Shown in pieces: positions 48,475 through 60,004 of a stretch of 60,004 bases of DNA. The stretch covers positions 100,676 through 160,679 of the forward strand of contig NW_008246135.1 in the NCBI RefSeq assembly GCF_000281045.1, written 5' to 3'. The position numbers and the translations under genes were made by a program. Numbering within the stretch: the first letter of the stretch is position 1; each line of letters begins with the position of its first letter. The notes beneath the pieces were generated by a model. It had not been told where the DNA came from and ran no database searches. It worked only from the letters and a program-made list of their open reading frames with translations. The stretch is from Saprolegnia diclina VS20. Its lineage: Eukaryota.

Positions 48475-51400
48475 TGAACTACGGAGCCCGGATGCGGAAA
48501 GAGGTCGGCCGCAATTAGGTACAAGTCGTCGTCGGACAGCGGCGCCTGCAGACTGCGTAGCGCCGCCATGACTGCATCTTCCCCTACGCAGGATACCACA
48601 CCAACAGTCAATGAAGAGGATTGATCGATCGTCCAAGCGTACGCAGATAGCCACTGCCGTCACTGTCGAGCGCGACGAGGGCTTGCCGGAGACTGTACTT
48701 GGCGCCATCGAGTGCGGTCGTGAGGAGCGTCCGCACCGCCGGGTCCATCGCTGTCACGTTGGTGGCCGTTGTCGCGTGCTGTCGGAACTTGGCTTTGGCC
48801 CGCTCCACAATGGCGTGGGACCGCGCCTGCGTCGCGTCGGCGGCGCGTTGGGCTTTGGAGAGGCCGCTTCCCACGCCCATGGCCGTCGTCGTGTAGAGCG
48901 CCGCGCGCATCTCGGGTGTCAATACATTGGCCGCACGGGGTGTCGATGCAACTGACGAGGCGGTCGACGAGGGCGACTTGGTCGCCGCGCAGGACGTCGA
49001 GGCCCGCTCCGTGAGCGCCTGCGCCACCTGCGCGTGCATGTGTTGGCTCGTGGTTTGGAACCGCCCCGACAGTAGCGACCCGATCTCGGTCGGTGTCATC
49101 CGCGAGGTGTTGGCGCGCGCCGACGTCGGACGTGACGAGTGCCGTGACGCAGGCGACGCGATCGACGAAGCGGCTACTGAGAGTGACTGGTGCGACGAGC
49201 CTGCGGTCGTCGCCAAGGAGACGGAGCGCAAAGACGCTGTGACGGCTGGTTCGTGGTCGGAGTCGCGCTCCGGTGCATCGTTGGCAGGTAGCGGAACGAC
49301 GCCAAAGCGCGCCGTGTCGAGCTGCGAGCGATAGGTCGGGATGTACAAGGGACCTCGCTCGTCGATTAGAGTCGGTTGGGGCGGCAGCCGGGGCACGCTC
49401 TCGTCCTTCTCGGTAGTCTCATCACATTCGAGGTCGTTGTTGTTGCCATGGCTCCAGTCGCAGTCGTACACATCGTCAAAGAACGGGTGGTAGTCGACAA
49501 AGCCGTCGACCGACATGTACGACGCCCAGAGTCCGTCGGGCGCCGACAGCGCGTAAAACGCGAGGAGACGCTCGAGCAGTCGTACCGACGCATGCCCCGA
49601 CGCCTCCGTGTCGAGGCGGGCGATCGATAAGCGGAGGTCGGCCGGAATCTAACACACAGTCCATGCACCGTGTGCAACAAAGTTGGTTGTACCTGCCGCA
49701 GTTGGCTCCAGAACGAGCCGTCGCTGGGTGTCGCCGCCGCCGACGCGCGCACGACGGCATCGCAAAACTCGGCAGCCGTTGTTGTTGGTTGCACAAAGCG
49801 CCGGGCGAGCGTGAGCCACGCATGCGGGTGGAGTTGTTGGTCGAGATGCAGTCGGCGTCGGAGCACGCCGTTCATGCCGTCGACACCGAGACAGCCGCGA
49901 CTTTCCGCGTTGCAGACGCGCCGCAGGTTGGTGCCGCGCTCGTGCAAGACCGACGCCACTGTGGCGAGCACGCGATCAATGTCGGCGTGCTCAAAGACGT
50001 CCGGGTGCGCCTCGCAGTACGCCAGCGTTTGTTCATCGGCCTCGACGAGCCGGAACGGTTGCTTGGGTGTTAGTGCGAACGTCAGCGTTGCGCCAACGCA
50101 GCAGTCGGACGGCCTCAAGTACCGTGCTGCGCCACCGTGCGTGAGCACCTTGTATGCCCCGCGATCGAGGAATTTCCCGCCGCGGAGCCCCGAGTTGGGT
50201 ACCGTTGGCTCGAAGATCGCTAGCGTCTCGTCGGCGAGGTGCAATGTCAGCACAAACGACCGTGCGGCTTGCGCTGGCGGTAGCTCGGGGGTTGGAGCAA
50301 AGACGGCTCGAAAGCGCAGGCACTGCGTGGTGGCCCGGCGGTCAGGCTTCTTGGCCTTTTCGCGCACCAGATGCTGGAGAAGCGACCCATTGTTGTCGTC
50401 TTCGTCGCCGTTGGGTGTATCGTTCGAGCGTTGGTTGCTACTGGGCGTGGCGGTCTCGGACGGCTCTTGCGTGATGCCATGCTGCGTGAGGTAGTACTGC
50501 CGCGTAAACGCGTCGCAGTCGTCGAGATGAAAGACGCGGCCAAAGACGAAGATCTCGTTGCCGCAGCGCAAGTCCAATGGCCGCACATGTCGCGTCTCGT
50601 CCTCTATCGGCAGGGACCTAGCCACCGTTCAAGGCATTGCAATGTAGCGTTGGTGGCATGCACATGACGTACCGCCGTGAGAGAAGCACAGCGAACGACT
50701 GGCCGCTGCCACGCCTATCCCGCGCCGCCCGGGCCTCGCGCACTTCGACCGTGTCGTCGGCGAGGAAGTAGTGGAGCGTGAAGCGGCGCGTCTCGGGGTA
50801 CAACGGATGCGGGTCTTCCCACGAGCAATAGAAGCGAAGCACGTGCGTGCTGTACTGCATAAACTGCTGCACTTTGGCGGCTGCCTTCTTCTTCTCTGCT
50901 GGCTGTGGCGGCTGCTTGATCGCTGCAATCTCGCTGTAGGCAGAGGCCGACGGCGTGTCGGGGTACGGCAGCGCCATTGGCTGGGGCCGCTGCAGTACGT
51001 TGGCGTAATACTCGCGCGTCGTCGCGTCGCAGTCGACGAGTTTGCACGTGTGGCCTTTGAGTCGCATCGTTTGACCAAGGGCAAAGTCGGACGGCGTGAA
51101 CGGCATGCCGGTCGGCGACAGCAGTGCTGATCGCGCGAGGAAGCGTCCTTGCGCGAGGCCGCTGTTGGCGACGCGCGGCTCGGTCGCTTCAATGGACGCG
51201 TCCGAGAGGTAGTAGAGCAGCACGAGCCGGCGCACGCGCGACGGGCCCGACGGCGCCTCGAGCGACAGCGGCGCGTAGTGCGACGGCTCTTCAAAGTAGC
51301 AGTAAAACCGCAGCACTTGGCGATCGTTCGTGACCCACGTTGGCAGTGACGGCGTGCTATAATAGCGGGAGCTTGGCTCGGAAAAGGACGCCTTGGGCTC

Positions 51401-51592
51401 GGGCGGTGGGTCCTCTCGCGGCGGCGGCGGCCCGTCGCGCCGCATCGCTGGCACGACGTCCTCATTGCCTGCCAGGATGCGCGCCATGGCGTGGCTCTTC
51501 CGGTGGTGCGCTTTGGTGATCTGCGCATGATGCAGCGTACGCAGACCCGGAATCATGTGTGGAAGCCCACTGCTGCCATCGGGCGTCGCCAT
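48396..51592 (-). CDS. EFHC: EFHC1/EFHC2/Rib72-like axonemal protein with three DM10 domains and C-terminal EF-hand-like region
   Basis: DRQVLRFYCYF..YYLSDASIE..EPRVANSGLAQGRFL; VLRFY..YFLADDTVEV; CLRFRA..HLADETLAIFEP..NSGLRGGKFL; LDSDGSGYL loop. Confidence 0.85.
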
Positions 51593-51615
51593 CGGGCGCG
51601 ATCCAAAGGTGTCAA

Positions 51616-51712
51616 GGTGGCATCTGCCACGTCGACAATAGGCGGCATCTGCCACGTCAACAAAAGACGGCACCTGCCACGGTGTAAAAGTGGCATATGC
51701 CGCCCGACACAT
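51616..51712. repeat. Four degenerate ~25-bp tandem repeats, each with palindrome GGCAnnTGCC
   Basis: GGCATCTGCC 51619 and 51644, GGCACCTGCC 51669, GGCATATGCC 51692. Confidence 0.85.
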
Positions 51713-51911
51713 AGACGAGCACCGACTAACGGATCTTCAACGGGCGCGCCTTTTTTAAACAGGCAAAAATAGCTGCAATATCCCAGAGGCGCAGCTAGTC
51801 CCGCGCTGCGAGCTCGCGACACGAGGAGAAACCACGACGTCCGTTCACCCGGTAGCCCTCGGCAGCGACGGGCCGGCGCCACATCACCTGGCGTCAACAA
51901 CGACGACCAGT

Positions 51912-54900
51912 ATGACCAAGGTGGCGCCGGCGCGGAGTGTCTTTGGTATCACCAAAGACGGTCTGCGCAACATCAACGTCGACCAGATGATGGAGGCCAA
52001 TGTCAAGGCGTTAGCAGACCTCGGTGGCCTTGACGGCCTCGCCAAGAAGCTCTGCGTCGATCTGCACATGGGCCTCTCGAGCAACGAAGCCTCGCAGGGC
52101 TTTCTCGATCGGCGCAGCGCGTTTGGCATGAACGCCTTTGAAGACGCACCGTCCAAGTCGTTCATCACACTCTTCCTCGAGACGCTCAAGGACACGACGA
52201 TCCTTGTGCTCATTGCCGCGTCGGTCGCATCGACCATCACCGGGTCGATCGAAGACCCGAAGAAAGGCTGGACCGAAGGCGTCACCATCATGATTGCGGT
52301 CCTCCTTGTCGGCCTCGTGAGTGCTACGTCCAACTATACAAAAGAAAAGCAATTCCGCGCGCTGAGCGCCAAGAACGACGAATTCAACGTCAAGGTGCGA
52401 CGACACCTTGTCCACATTTGTGTAGCAAGATAGCATGTAGGTGCTGCGCGATGGTCAGTACGACGCGGTGCTCGTCACTGAGATCAACGTGGGCGACATC
52501 ATCGTGCTCGAAAATGGCGACCGGATTCCTGGCGACGCCGTCCTTGTCCGCGGCCAAGACGTCAAGTGCAACGAGTCGAGCTTGACGGGCGAGCCCGACG
52601 ATGTCAAGAAGAATGCTTCGTCTGATCCGTTCTTACTCTCGGGCTGCTTGATCTCGGCCGGGCGCTGCGAGGCCGTCGTGACCGCGATCGGTCTCGAGTC
52701 GCGCTGGGGCCGCATCAAATCCAAGCTCGTCCGCGAAGAGCGACCGACGCCGCTCATGGAGAAGCTGGAGGACATGGTCAAGATCATCGGGTACGGTGGT
52801 ATCTTCTTTTCCGTCGCCACCATGGCCGTGACCATCCTCATGTACACCTTTTCCACCAATCGCACGGGTACATTTCGATCAATTTATCAATGTATCCACT
52901 TTGCAACGGACTCAGCCATGTCTCTAGTGGGCTGGACCGACATCATCATCCACACGTTCATCATTGGCGTGACCATCATCGTTGTCGCGATCCCCGAGGG
53001 GCTTCCGCTGGCCGTGACCATCTCGCTGTCGTACTCGACCAAGAAGATGCTACTGGACCACAATCTCATTCGGGTCCTCGCGGCGTGTGAGACGATGGGC
53101 AACGTCACGAGCATTTGCAGCGACAAGACGGGCACGTTGACTGAGAACCGCATGACGGTCGTGTCCCTCTGGGTCAGTGGTCGACGGTACGACGCCCCGC
53201 TTGACGCTATCGAGCTCGATGCCAAGTTTCTCGACGAGCTCAGCATCAACATTTGCGTCAACTCGACGGCCGAGCTCACGAATCACGGCACGACGGTCCA
53301 AGGCAATAAGACCGAAGGCGCGCTCTTGCTCTGGCTTCAGTCGCGCAAACTTGCATATGCAACCGTGCGCGCGACGCACTTTCAGCCGGGCGACCGCATG
53401 TTTTCATTCTCGTCCGAGCGCAAAACCATGACAACCATTGTCCGACGCGCGAACGGCACCTTCCGCCTCTTTAGCAAGGTACGTCGAGCAGCCCAAACAC
53501 TGAGAAGACGAGGTCGGCGCGACTAGGGCGCGGCGGAAATCGTGCTCCAGCGCTGCAGCACCATGCTCACGTTCCAGCGCACCGAGGTGCCGCTGTCGCC
53601 GTCGACGCTCCAGGACATCAACAACGTCATTGTCGAGATGGCCGACCGCGCGCTGCGCACGATCTGCGTCGCGTACCGAGACTACACGGAGGCGGAGCTC
53701 CCGGCCGACCTCTCGACGCTCAATGAGCCGCCGGAAGCGAATATGGTGTGTGTTGCAATCTTTGGCATCATGGATCCGCTGCGCCCCGACGTCACCGAGA
53801 GCGTCGCGGCCTGTCGACGCGCCGGCATCACTGTGCGCATGGTGACCGGCGACAACATCCACACCGCCAAAGCGATCGCGCAACAGTGCGGTATTTTGAC
53901 AAAAGACGGGGTTGCGCTCGAAGGGCCCGTGTTTCGAACCATGCCGATCGACCAGTTGACGCCGCTCTTGCCGCGGCTTCAAGTGCTCGCGCGGTCGTCG
54001 CCCGACGACAAGTACAAGCTCGTCAACCTACTGCGCGACCGCAACGAGATTGTCGGGGTCACGGGCGACGGCACGAACGACGCGCCGGCGCTCCGGGCCG
54101 CCGATGTCGGGCTCGCCATGGGCATTGCTGGCACGGACCTCGCCAAAGAAGCTTCGGGTACGCTGATATACGAAGCTCTGTTGCAAAGTGTGATATGTTA
54201 CAATAGACATAATCATTATGGACGACAAGTTTTCGTCCATCAAAAAGTCGGTGCTCTGGGGCCGGTGCGTCTACGACAACATCCGCAAGTTTATCCAGTT
54301 TCAGCTCACCGTCAACATTGTACCCCGTCGCAGCAAGGATGGAGAGATCGAATAAAGTACTGTGCTGTAGGTGGCGCTGACGCTGACGCTTCTGAGTGCG
54401 ATTGCGGGCTTGGACCCGCCCTTGAACGCTGTCATGATGCTCTGGGTCAACCTCATCATGGACACGATGGGTGCGCTGGCGCTCGGCACCGAGACGCCGA
54501 AGGACGACCTTCTCTTCCGCCGACCGTACCGCAAAGACGCGTCGATTGTAAGTCGCATCATGATCAAGAACATTCTCGTGCAAAGCGCGTTCCAGGTACT
54601 TTGATTTCTTGAGCTTTGCGTTCATTGAGCTATTTTTGTTGGTAGCTCATTTTGCTCCTCTTGTTGCTCTTTTACGGGGCGACGATGGTCGGTGTGCATC
54701 CGAGCGGCCACTGTCTTGCGACGACGTTTTCGCTGAAATCGAATCTCAACGTGACGTTACCACCCGATTGCGTCACGATGACAGACCACCCGTGTCCGCA
54801 CTTGCACTGCTCGCTCTACACGACAACGACGCCCTTGGACGACGTGCCGCTCGCGTGCGTCGACGCTGTGTGCACGCGCGTCGACTTTTCGCTCAACACG

Positions 54901-55292
54901 TTCATCTTCAACGTGTTTGTGTTTTGCCAAGTGTTTAACGAGATCAACGCGCGCAACGTCTCGAACGACTGGAACGTCTTCAAGGACCTCGCGACCAACG
55001 GCGTCTTTGGCAGCATCCTCGTCGCGACCGTGCTCGTCCAGATCTTATTCGTGCAAGTGGGCGGCGACTTTACCAAAACGACGGCGCTCGATGCGAGCCA
55101 TTGGGTCTACTCGATTCTACTCGGGTCGCTTTCGCTGCCGCTAGGTCCGTCACGCCGAATCTTTCAAAGTCGTATACCGTTCGCGTAGGGATCGCGATGC
55201 GCTTTATACCAGTGTACGAAGACGAATCGTCCTTTGCCAACCCCAACAACCTCGACGTCCACGCCACGAACGACACAGCGTGCGAGACTTAG
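51912..55292 (+). CDS. PMCA: P2B-type (PMCA) Ca2+-transporting P-type ATPase (multi-exon)
   Basis: [68 protein letters not shown]. Confidence 0.95.
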
Positions 55293-55344
55293 TTAATACA
55301 CATGGATTATTTTGATAAATCCTCGACGTGATCGACGACACCCG

Positions 55345-58015
55345 CTAGCCCGACCGTCCAAACCCTTTGCTCGTCGTCTCAGCAACATAAAAAAGGAGGT
55401 AGCCCGTTTCAGCCCCCGGGCCTGTGAGCACTGCGGCCTGGTCGACCTAGAGACAGCGTGAAGTTGAGTACGACCCATGCGGGTGGCCGACCTCGGTGAC
55501 AAGCGCGTCGTTGTAGCGCGTCCACTTTGTACTCTGGTTGTGCACGTCGGTGATGTAGTGGCCCTCGCCCGCCGTGCGCCCGAGGTGTCGGACGATGCTC
55601 TAATTCCCAGCGATGTCTATCGATGGGAAGGACAATCTGTTGCCTACCTTGAGCCGATAGGTCGGAGTCCTTTTGGCGTCCGATGCCTGGAACGCACTCA
55701 AGTCGACCGAGGTGGGCGCGACGACGACGTCATTGCGCTTGACGAGTGTCATACTCGCCGTACTGATCTCAAACCGCTTGAGATGCAGCACGAGGATCGG
55801 TGGCGCGTGCGTGATCGTTGCATTCACCGTGGCCGAGGACCCGTGCTCGCACTTTTCACACTTGAGGTCGACCGTGTGTGTTTGGAAATGCTAGTCCAGG
55901 CTACTAAAACCAAGAAATCCAATGAAACTACGTACGGTCGTCAAGAGCTGGGGCACGTCCAACGCGGGGGCGGGCGGCTCGGGCGGTGCGTCGTCCCACG
56001 CGAAAAAGTCGCACTGCGGGAACTGGTTGCACTTGATGAACGGACGCCCTTTGTTCGTGCCGTCCTTCTTGGTAATCAAGCGCTTGACGGGCTTTTGGCA
56101 CTTGCACAAGGGCGCTGGCTTACGCGGCGCTACCGCTGGAAAGTCCAGTGAGAGCTCCCGGAACGTTTCCTGAACGTGCCGACGGTACGCGCACGAAGCG
56201 CACGTGAGGGTCTGCGTGACCGTGGTGCGAAAATACGTCGTAGTCGGCAAGAGCGCTTCCACGTCGGTCGGTGACAACGTTGGATGAGCGGCCATCGCCG
56301 TGTCGTCCCCAAAGTACTGGTGCAGTGACTGCTTGCTCGCCTTCTTCTCGGCCGCGTCCTGCGAAAGAACGTCCAGTTGCGACTGCACGACGCCCTTCAT
56401 GTCGGCCTCGAGCTCGTTGAGAACGTTCATGAGGAATTCGTGGGCATCTTGCTGGGCGTTGCTACCGCGAGCATGAGATACATCGGTGGCACGTAGATCG
56501 TACTTGGCAAAGGCTTGCGCGCGCTTGCCGACAACCGCCTTCATCGGACTCGGGTCCAAGTGCGCCGACTGCACGTGGCCCTTGATCATCGTCTTGAAGA
56601 CGAGATAGAAGTCATAGGCGTCCTTGACTGCCTTGACCTGCCAATGGCCTTTGGGCAGCGGCACCTTGGTCAATGATGTGACCCACGCATCGTCACGGAG
56701 CGTCGACACAAAGGCCTGCAGCGACAAGAGCGCTTGCAGCACAGCATTCATATAGCACGTGTTGCCGAGGTTCACGAGTCCTTGCTGGCTCTTGGCCACG
56801 GGATTGGCCGCCGCCGCTTGGCGCTTGGCACTACATGTTTGCTCGTTGCGATGGCACTTTTCACAGAGAGCGTAGAGCGTACCCGAGGAGGAGCTCGGAG
56901 AAACCATCTTTGGCCACCGGCTTCTTCTCCGTGACTTTGTCGACGTCGTCGTCGTCATCGAGTACTTCGATCGGATTGGTCGCGTTGGTCTTGGTCTTGG
57001 TCTCGATGACCGGCGGCAGGTCCTTGGTGCTGGGTGTCGGAGACGCCTTGGGCGTTGTAGCGACGAGAGGCGACTCGGCGCGTTTGCTCGGGGTTGTCAT
57101 CGTGGGATGGGACGGCGCCGCGTCAAGGTTGAGCTTGGGCGGTAGCCGGCGCACGGGGCTTGCTTTTGTCGGTGGCGGTGGCGGCGACGACAGGTCCATG
57201 AGCAGCTTTGTTGGGATGAGCCTCGTCTTGCCTTTGGGCGAGTAGAGCATCGCATCGAGCTCGCGCATGCGGTCGCCCATAGGACGCACCTTGCGCACGG
57301 GCGACGGCGAGTCCAAGCCACCACGCATCTCGTCGTCGTCGTCGTCGTCGTCAAAGGTCTTGGCGCGGGTCGGCGTCGGGTGCGCGGCGCTCGGGCTCAG
57401 CCATCGCTTCTGCGCCGTGTTTTTTCCAAACGGCGACCGGAACGGCGATTTGGTCGTCGAGTAGTCGGGCTGCTTGCGCGGCGACGACGGCGACAGCGAC
57501 AGGCGAGGATGCACCCGGCTCGGCGACTGCTGCAGAATCGACGGGACCTTCTTGCGCACGGGGCTGCCAAACGACAGCATGGGCTCATCTTTCTTGATCG
57601 TCGCAGGAATCGCGCTGGGCGGTGGCGGCGGCGGCTCGTCGACGACCGGCGGCTCTTCTTTGTGCGCCACGAGCTTCTTCCGGAATGCCAGCCGCATCTT
57701 CATCGTCGGCTTGGCGAGGTCGTCGATCGTCTTGGTCAGCGCAGCGTGGAAGCCTCGGCCCGATGACGACTTCCACAGCGCCTTCTTCATCTGGAACTTC
57801 ATGACGTGCTTCTTCTTGTCGGCGACCGATACCTCGACGACCGGGCCGCCTGTGGTTGTCGCCTCGACGGTCGCATGCTGCAGCCAGATGAAGGCCTCGC
57901 CGCTGCGGAGCCGCGCGTTCCCAGTCTCGACCGAGATCTCGACCCATGCTTCCGCGGGGCGGCCGTCGACGACGACCGGCGACGTGCAATCGGCCCGCTG
58001 CTGCGTCGGTGCCAT
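55345..58015 (-). CDS. Ubiquitin-specific protease (C19/USP) with GRF-type zinc finger inserted in the catalytic domain
   Basis: Cys box GLVNLGNTCYMNAVLQ, QQDAHEFL, LVLHLKRF, His box RHLGRTAGEGHY, RYND, GYLLFY; insertion CKC..NKGRPFIKC..CDFFAWDD. Confidence 0.9.
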
Positions 58016-58526
58016 CGCGAATGAATATCCGCGGCCGCTTGGTTTTATTTCAACATTTTATTCGGCATACAAAACCGAGGTGAAACAAAAGAATCGAATT
58101 AAATTGCGCCGGGCCTTTGGCGGGAAATCGCAGAGCCACAGGTACGCGAGCAGGACGCCGAGGACGACGGGGCCATGGCAGCCATGGACGATGGACGGGC
58201 GCTCGACGAGGGGGCGACGATGCATGCGACCGATGGATCCGGCCGAGGACATGGGAGGAATGCGACGAAGGCTGGCGAAGATGGATCCGGAGATAAGGGC
58301 AGTGAGGCCAAGGAGAGGCAACGGAGCTCACGATGATGGCCCGCAACCAAGAGATCGACGCCCGAGGTACGCGGTGCGAAGACGGGAGGACGACGAGAAA
58401 GCTTCGACATGGAGGATGCGAGCGCGAATGGGGGCAGCTCATGCACCGGTATGAGTGTACCTGGACGATCCTCTCCATCGTCGCGTCTATGGCGAGGAAG
58501 AGCTCTCTCATGACAGTAGGTAGCCC

Positions 58527-58720
58527 GAGATGGCGGCGACTCGGCGACGTCGATCGCACATGCATCTCGACGAACTGAGCATCCAGCCCCGGATGCCAGC
58601 CCCTCTACTGTAGAGGGGCTGGATGCTCGGTTCGTCGAGATGCATGTGCTTCCTGCAACGACCTTGATGAAGCCTCTGACATGGTACCTGCGATCGACGT
58701 CGCCGAGTCGCCGCCATCTC
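58527..58720. repeat. ~195-bp nested inverted repeat (fold-back)
   Basis: 58527-58558 is the exact 32-bp reverse complement of 58689-58720; inner ~35-bp arms have one mismatch; apical CCAGCCCCTCTAC-T-GTAGAGGGGCTGG. Confidence 0.92.
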
Positions 58721-58807
58721 TGTACCGCATGCTCCTGCCATCGCATGCTTCCCATGCCCTTTCAAGACCTCATCATGCTCCACCGTGAATGACATATTGG
58801 TAGGTTA

Positions 58808-60004
58808 CTAGACTTGCAGCAGCGGCGACTTTTCGTCGACCTTGCGGGGTGTCGGCGGCGGCAGCGTCGTCATATTGGGCGGCGTGTACCACTTGAGCAG
58901 CAACGACGACGTGACGACCGAGACGGACGAGAACGCCATGGCCGCGCCCGCAAACATGGGCGGGATCGACACGCTCCAATGGTACAGAACGCCGGCCGAC
59001 AACGGCAGCAACACCAAGTTGTACCCCATCGCCCACACAAAGTTGAGCTGGATGCGCCGGTAGATCGTCCGCGACAGGTCCAGCGCCGTCACGACGTCTT
59101 GGAGCTTGGACTTCATGAGCACCATCTGCGCCGTCTCGATCGCAATGTCCGTGCCAGCGCCGATCGCGACGCCGAGGTCGGCTTGCGCCAGCGCCGGCGC
59201 GTCGTTGATACCGTCGCCCACCATGGCCACGATACGACCTTGGGCCTGGAGCTCTTGGACTTTGGCGGTTTTGTTGGCCGGGAGCACCTCGGCCATGACG
59301 TGGTGGCTGGGCAAACCGATTTGGGCGGCGACCCAGTGCGCGGTGCGACGGTTGTCGCCCGTGACCATGTAGACGTCGAGGCCGAGCGCATGGAGGTGTG
59401 CGATCGTCTGCTTGGCCTCGGGGCGCGGCGCATCCGAGATGCCAATGAGCGCAACGACCGAGTCACAGATCCCCATGTAGATGACGGTCTTGCCGGCTTC
59501 TTCCAGACGAAGACGATGGTTCGCGACAGCCGCGGGGACCGCCATGCCACAGTCTTCCATGTAGTCGAGGTTGCCGAGATGAACGACTGCCTTGGAGAGC
59601 TCGACCGAGATACCCTTGCCCGAGACGGCGGTGAACGCCTCGGGCTGCTCCAATGGCTTGGCCAGCAGCTTGCCGCGGTTCACGATCGCACGACCCAACG
59701 TGTGCTCGCTACCGAGCTCCGCCGACGCCGCCAGCCACATCAGGGCGTCCGACGTCCACTCTTTGCTCAGCACAATCACGTCCGTCACGCTCGGCGTCCC
59801 GTTCGTCAACGTCCCCGTCTTGTCAAACAACACCGTGTTCACCTTGTGCGCGACCTCGAGCGGCTCGCCGCCTTTGATGAGGATGCCATGCGTCGCGCCC
59901 ACACCCGTGCCGACCATGACGGCCGTCGGCGTCGCCAGACCCAAAGCGCACGGACAGGCGACCACGAGCGTCGAGATGGCAAAGTTGAACGCAAAGAGGA
60001 ACCC
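58808..60004 (-). CDS. ATP7: P1B-1 copper-transporting P-type ATPase (ATP7/CopA-like), 3' part
   Basis: CPC motif ([12 protein letters not shown]), [26 protein letters not shown] and MAFSS Cu+ ligands, C-terminal dileucine DEKSPLL. Confidence 0.95.
   Translation of the reverse strand, partial: GFLFAFNFAISTLVVACPCALGLATPTAVMVGTGVGATHGILIKGGEPLEVAHKVNTVLFDKTGTLTNGTPSVTDVIVLSKEWTSDALMWLAASAELGSEHTLGRAIVNRGKLLAKPLEQPEAFTAVSGKGISVELSKAVVHLGNLDYMEDCGMAVPAAVANHRLRLEEAGKTVIYMGICDSVVALIGISDAPRPEAKQTIAHLHALGLDVYMVTGDNRRTAHWVAAQIGLPSHHVMAEVLPANKTAKVQELQAQGRIVAMVGDGINDAPALAQADLGVAIGAGTDIAIETAQMVLMKSKLQDVVTALDLSRTIYRRIQLNFVWAMGYNLVLLPLSAGVLYHWSVSIPPMFAGAAMAFSSVSVVTSSLLLKWYTPPNMTTLPPPTPRKVDEKSPLLQV

Noticed and set aside
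51616..51712. CRISPR-like repeat array
   Set aside because: Units are contiguous with no unique 30-40 nt spacers, there are no cas genes, and the context is eukaryotic.

Overview
Gene-dense, GC-rich eukaryotic DNA with many short (~40-55 nt) GT-AG introns and an oomycete-type Inr/FPR core promoter. Most likely a Saprolegniales oomycete (inferred). About 24 protein-coding genes, in order: TAP42-like (partial), a ~8.7-kb IP3/ryanodine-receptor-family channel, two near-identical six-thioredoxin PDI-family genes on a ~3.0-kb inverted duplication (9507-12500 / 17161-20154) flanking a FATP gene, a degenerate Trx gene and a Trx relic, then UBA5, a COPI-associated membrane protein, a single-Trx TMX-like protein, a bacterial-like homocysteine S-methyltransferase, a giant TPR/IQ protein, KAE1, TIP41, three tandem DGAT2-family genes, a coiled-coil protein, a PhyH-like dioxygenase, a double TALE-homeodomain factor, an RluA pseudouridine synthase, an EFHC/DM10 protein, a PMCA Ca-ATPase, a USP with an inserted GRF zinc finger, and a partial P1B Cu-ATPase. 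Most notable: the inverted hexa-thioredoxin duplication carrying an orphan UBA5 tail; an IP3R that appears to lack IP3-binding residues and the pore Asp; two antisense CDS-on-CDS overlaps; a ~195-bp fold-back; and recurrent intergenic motifs. No rRNA, tRNA or CRISPR was seen. Spans are start-to-stop of hand-spliced models, and all homology calls come from motif recognition, not searches.
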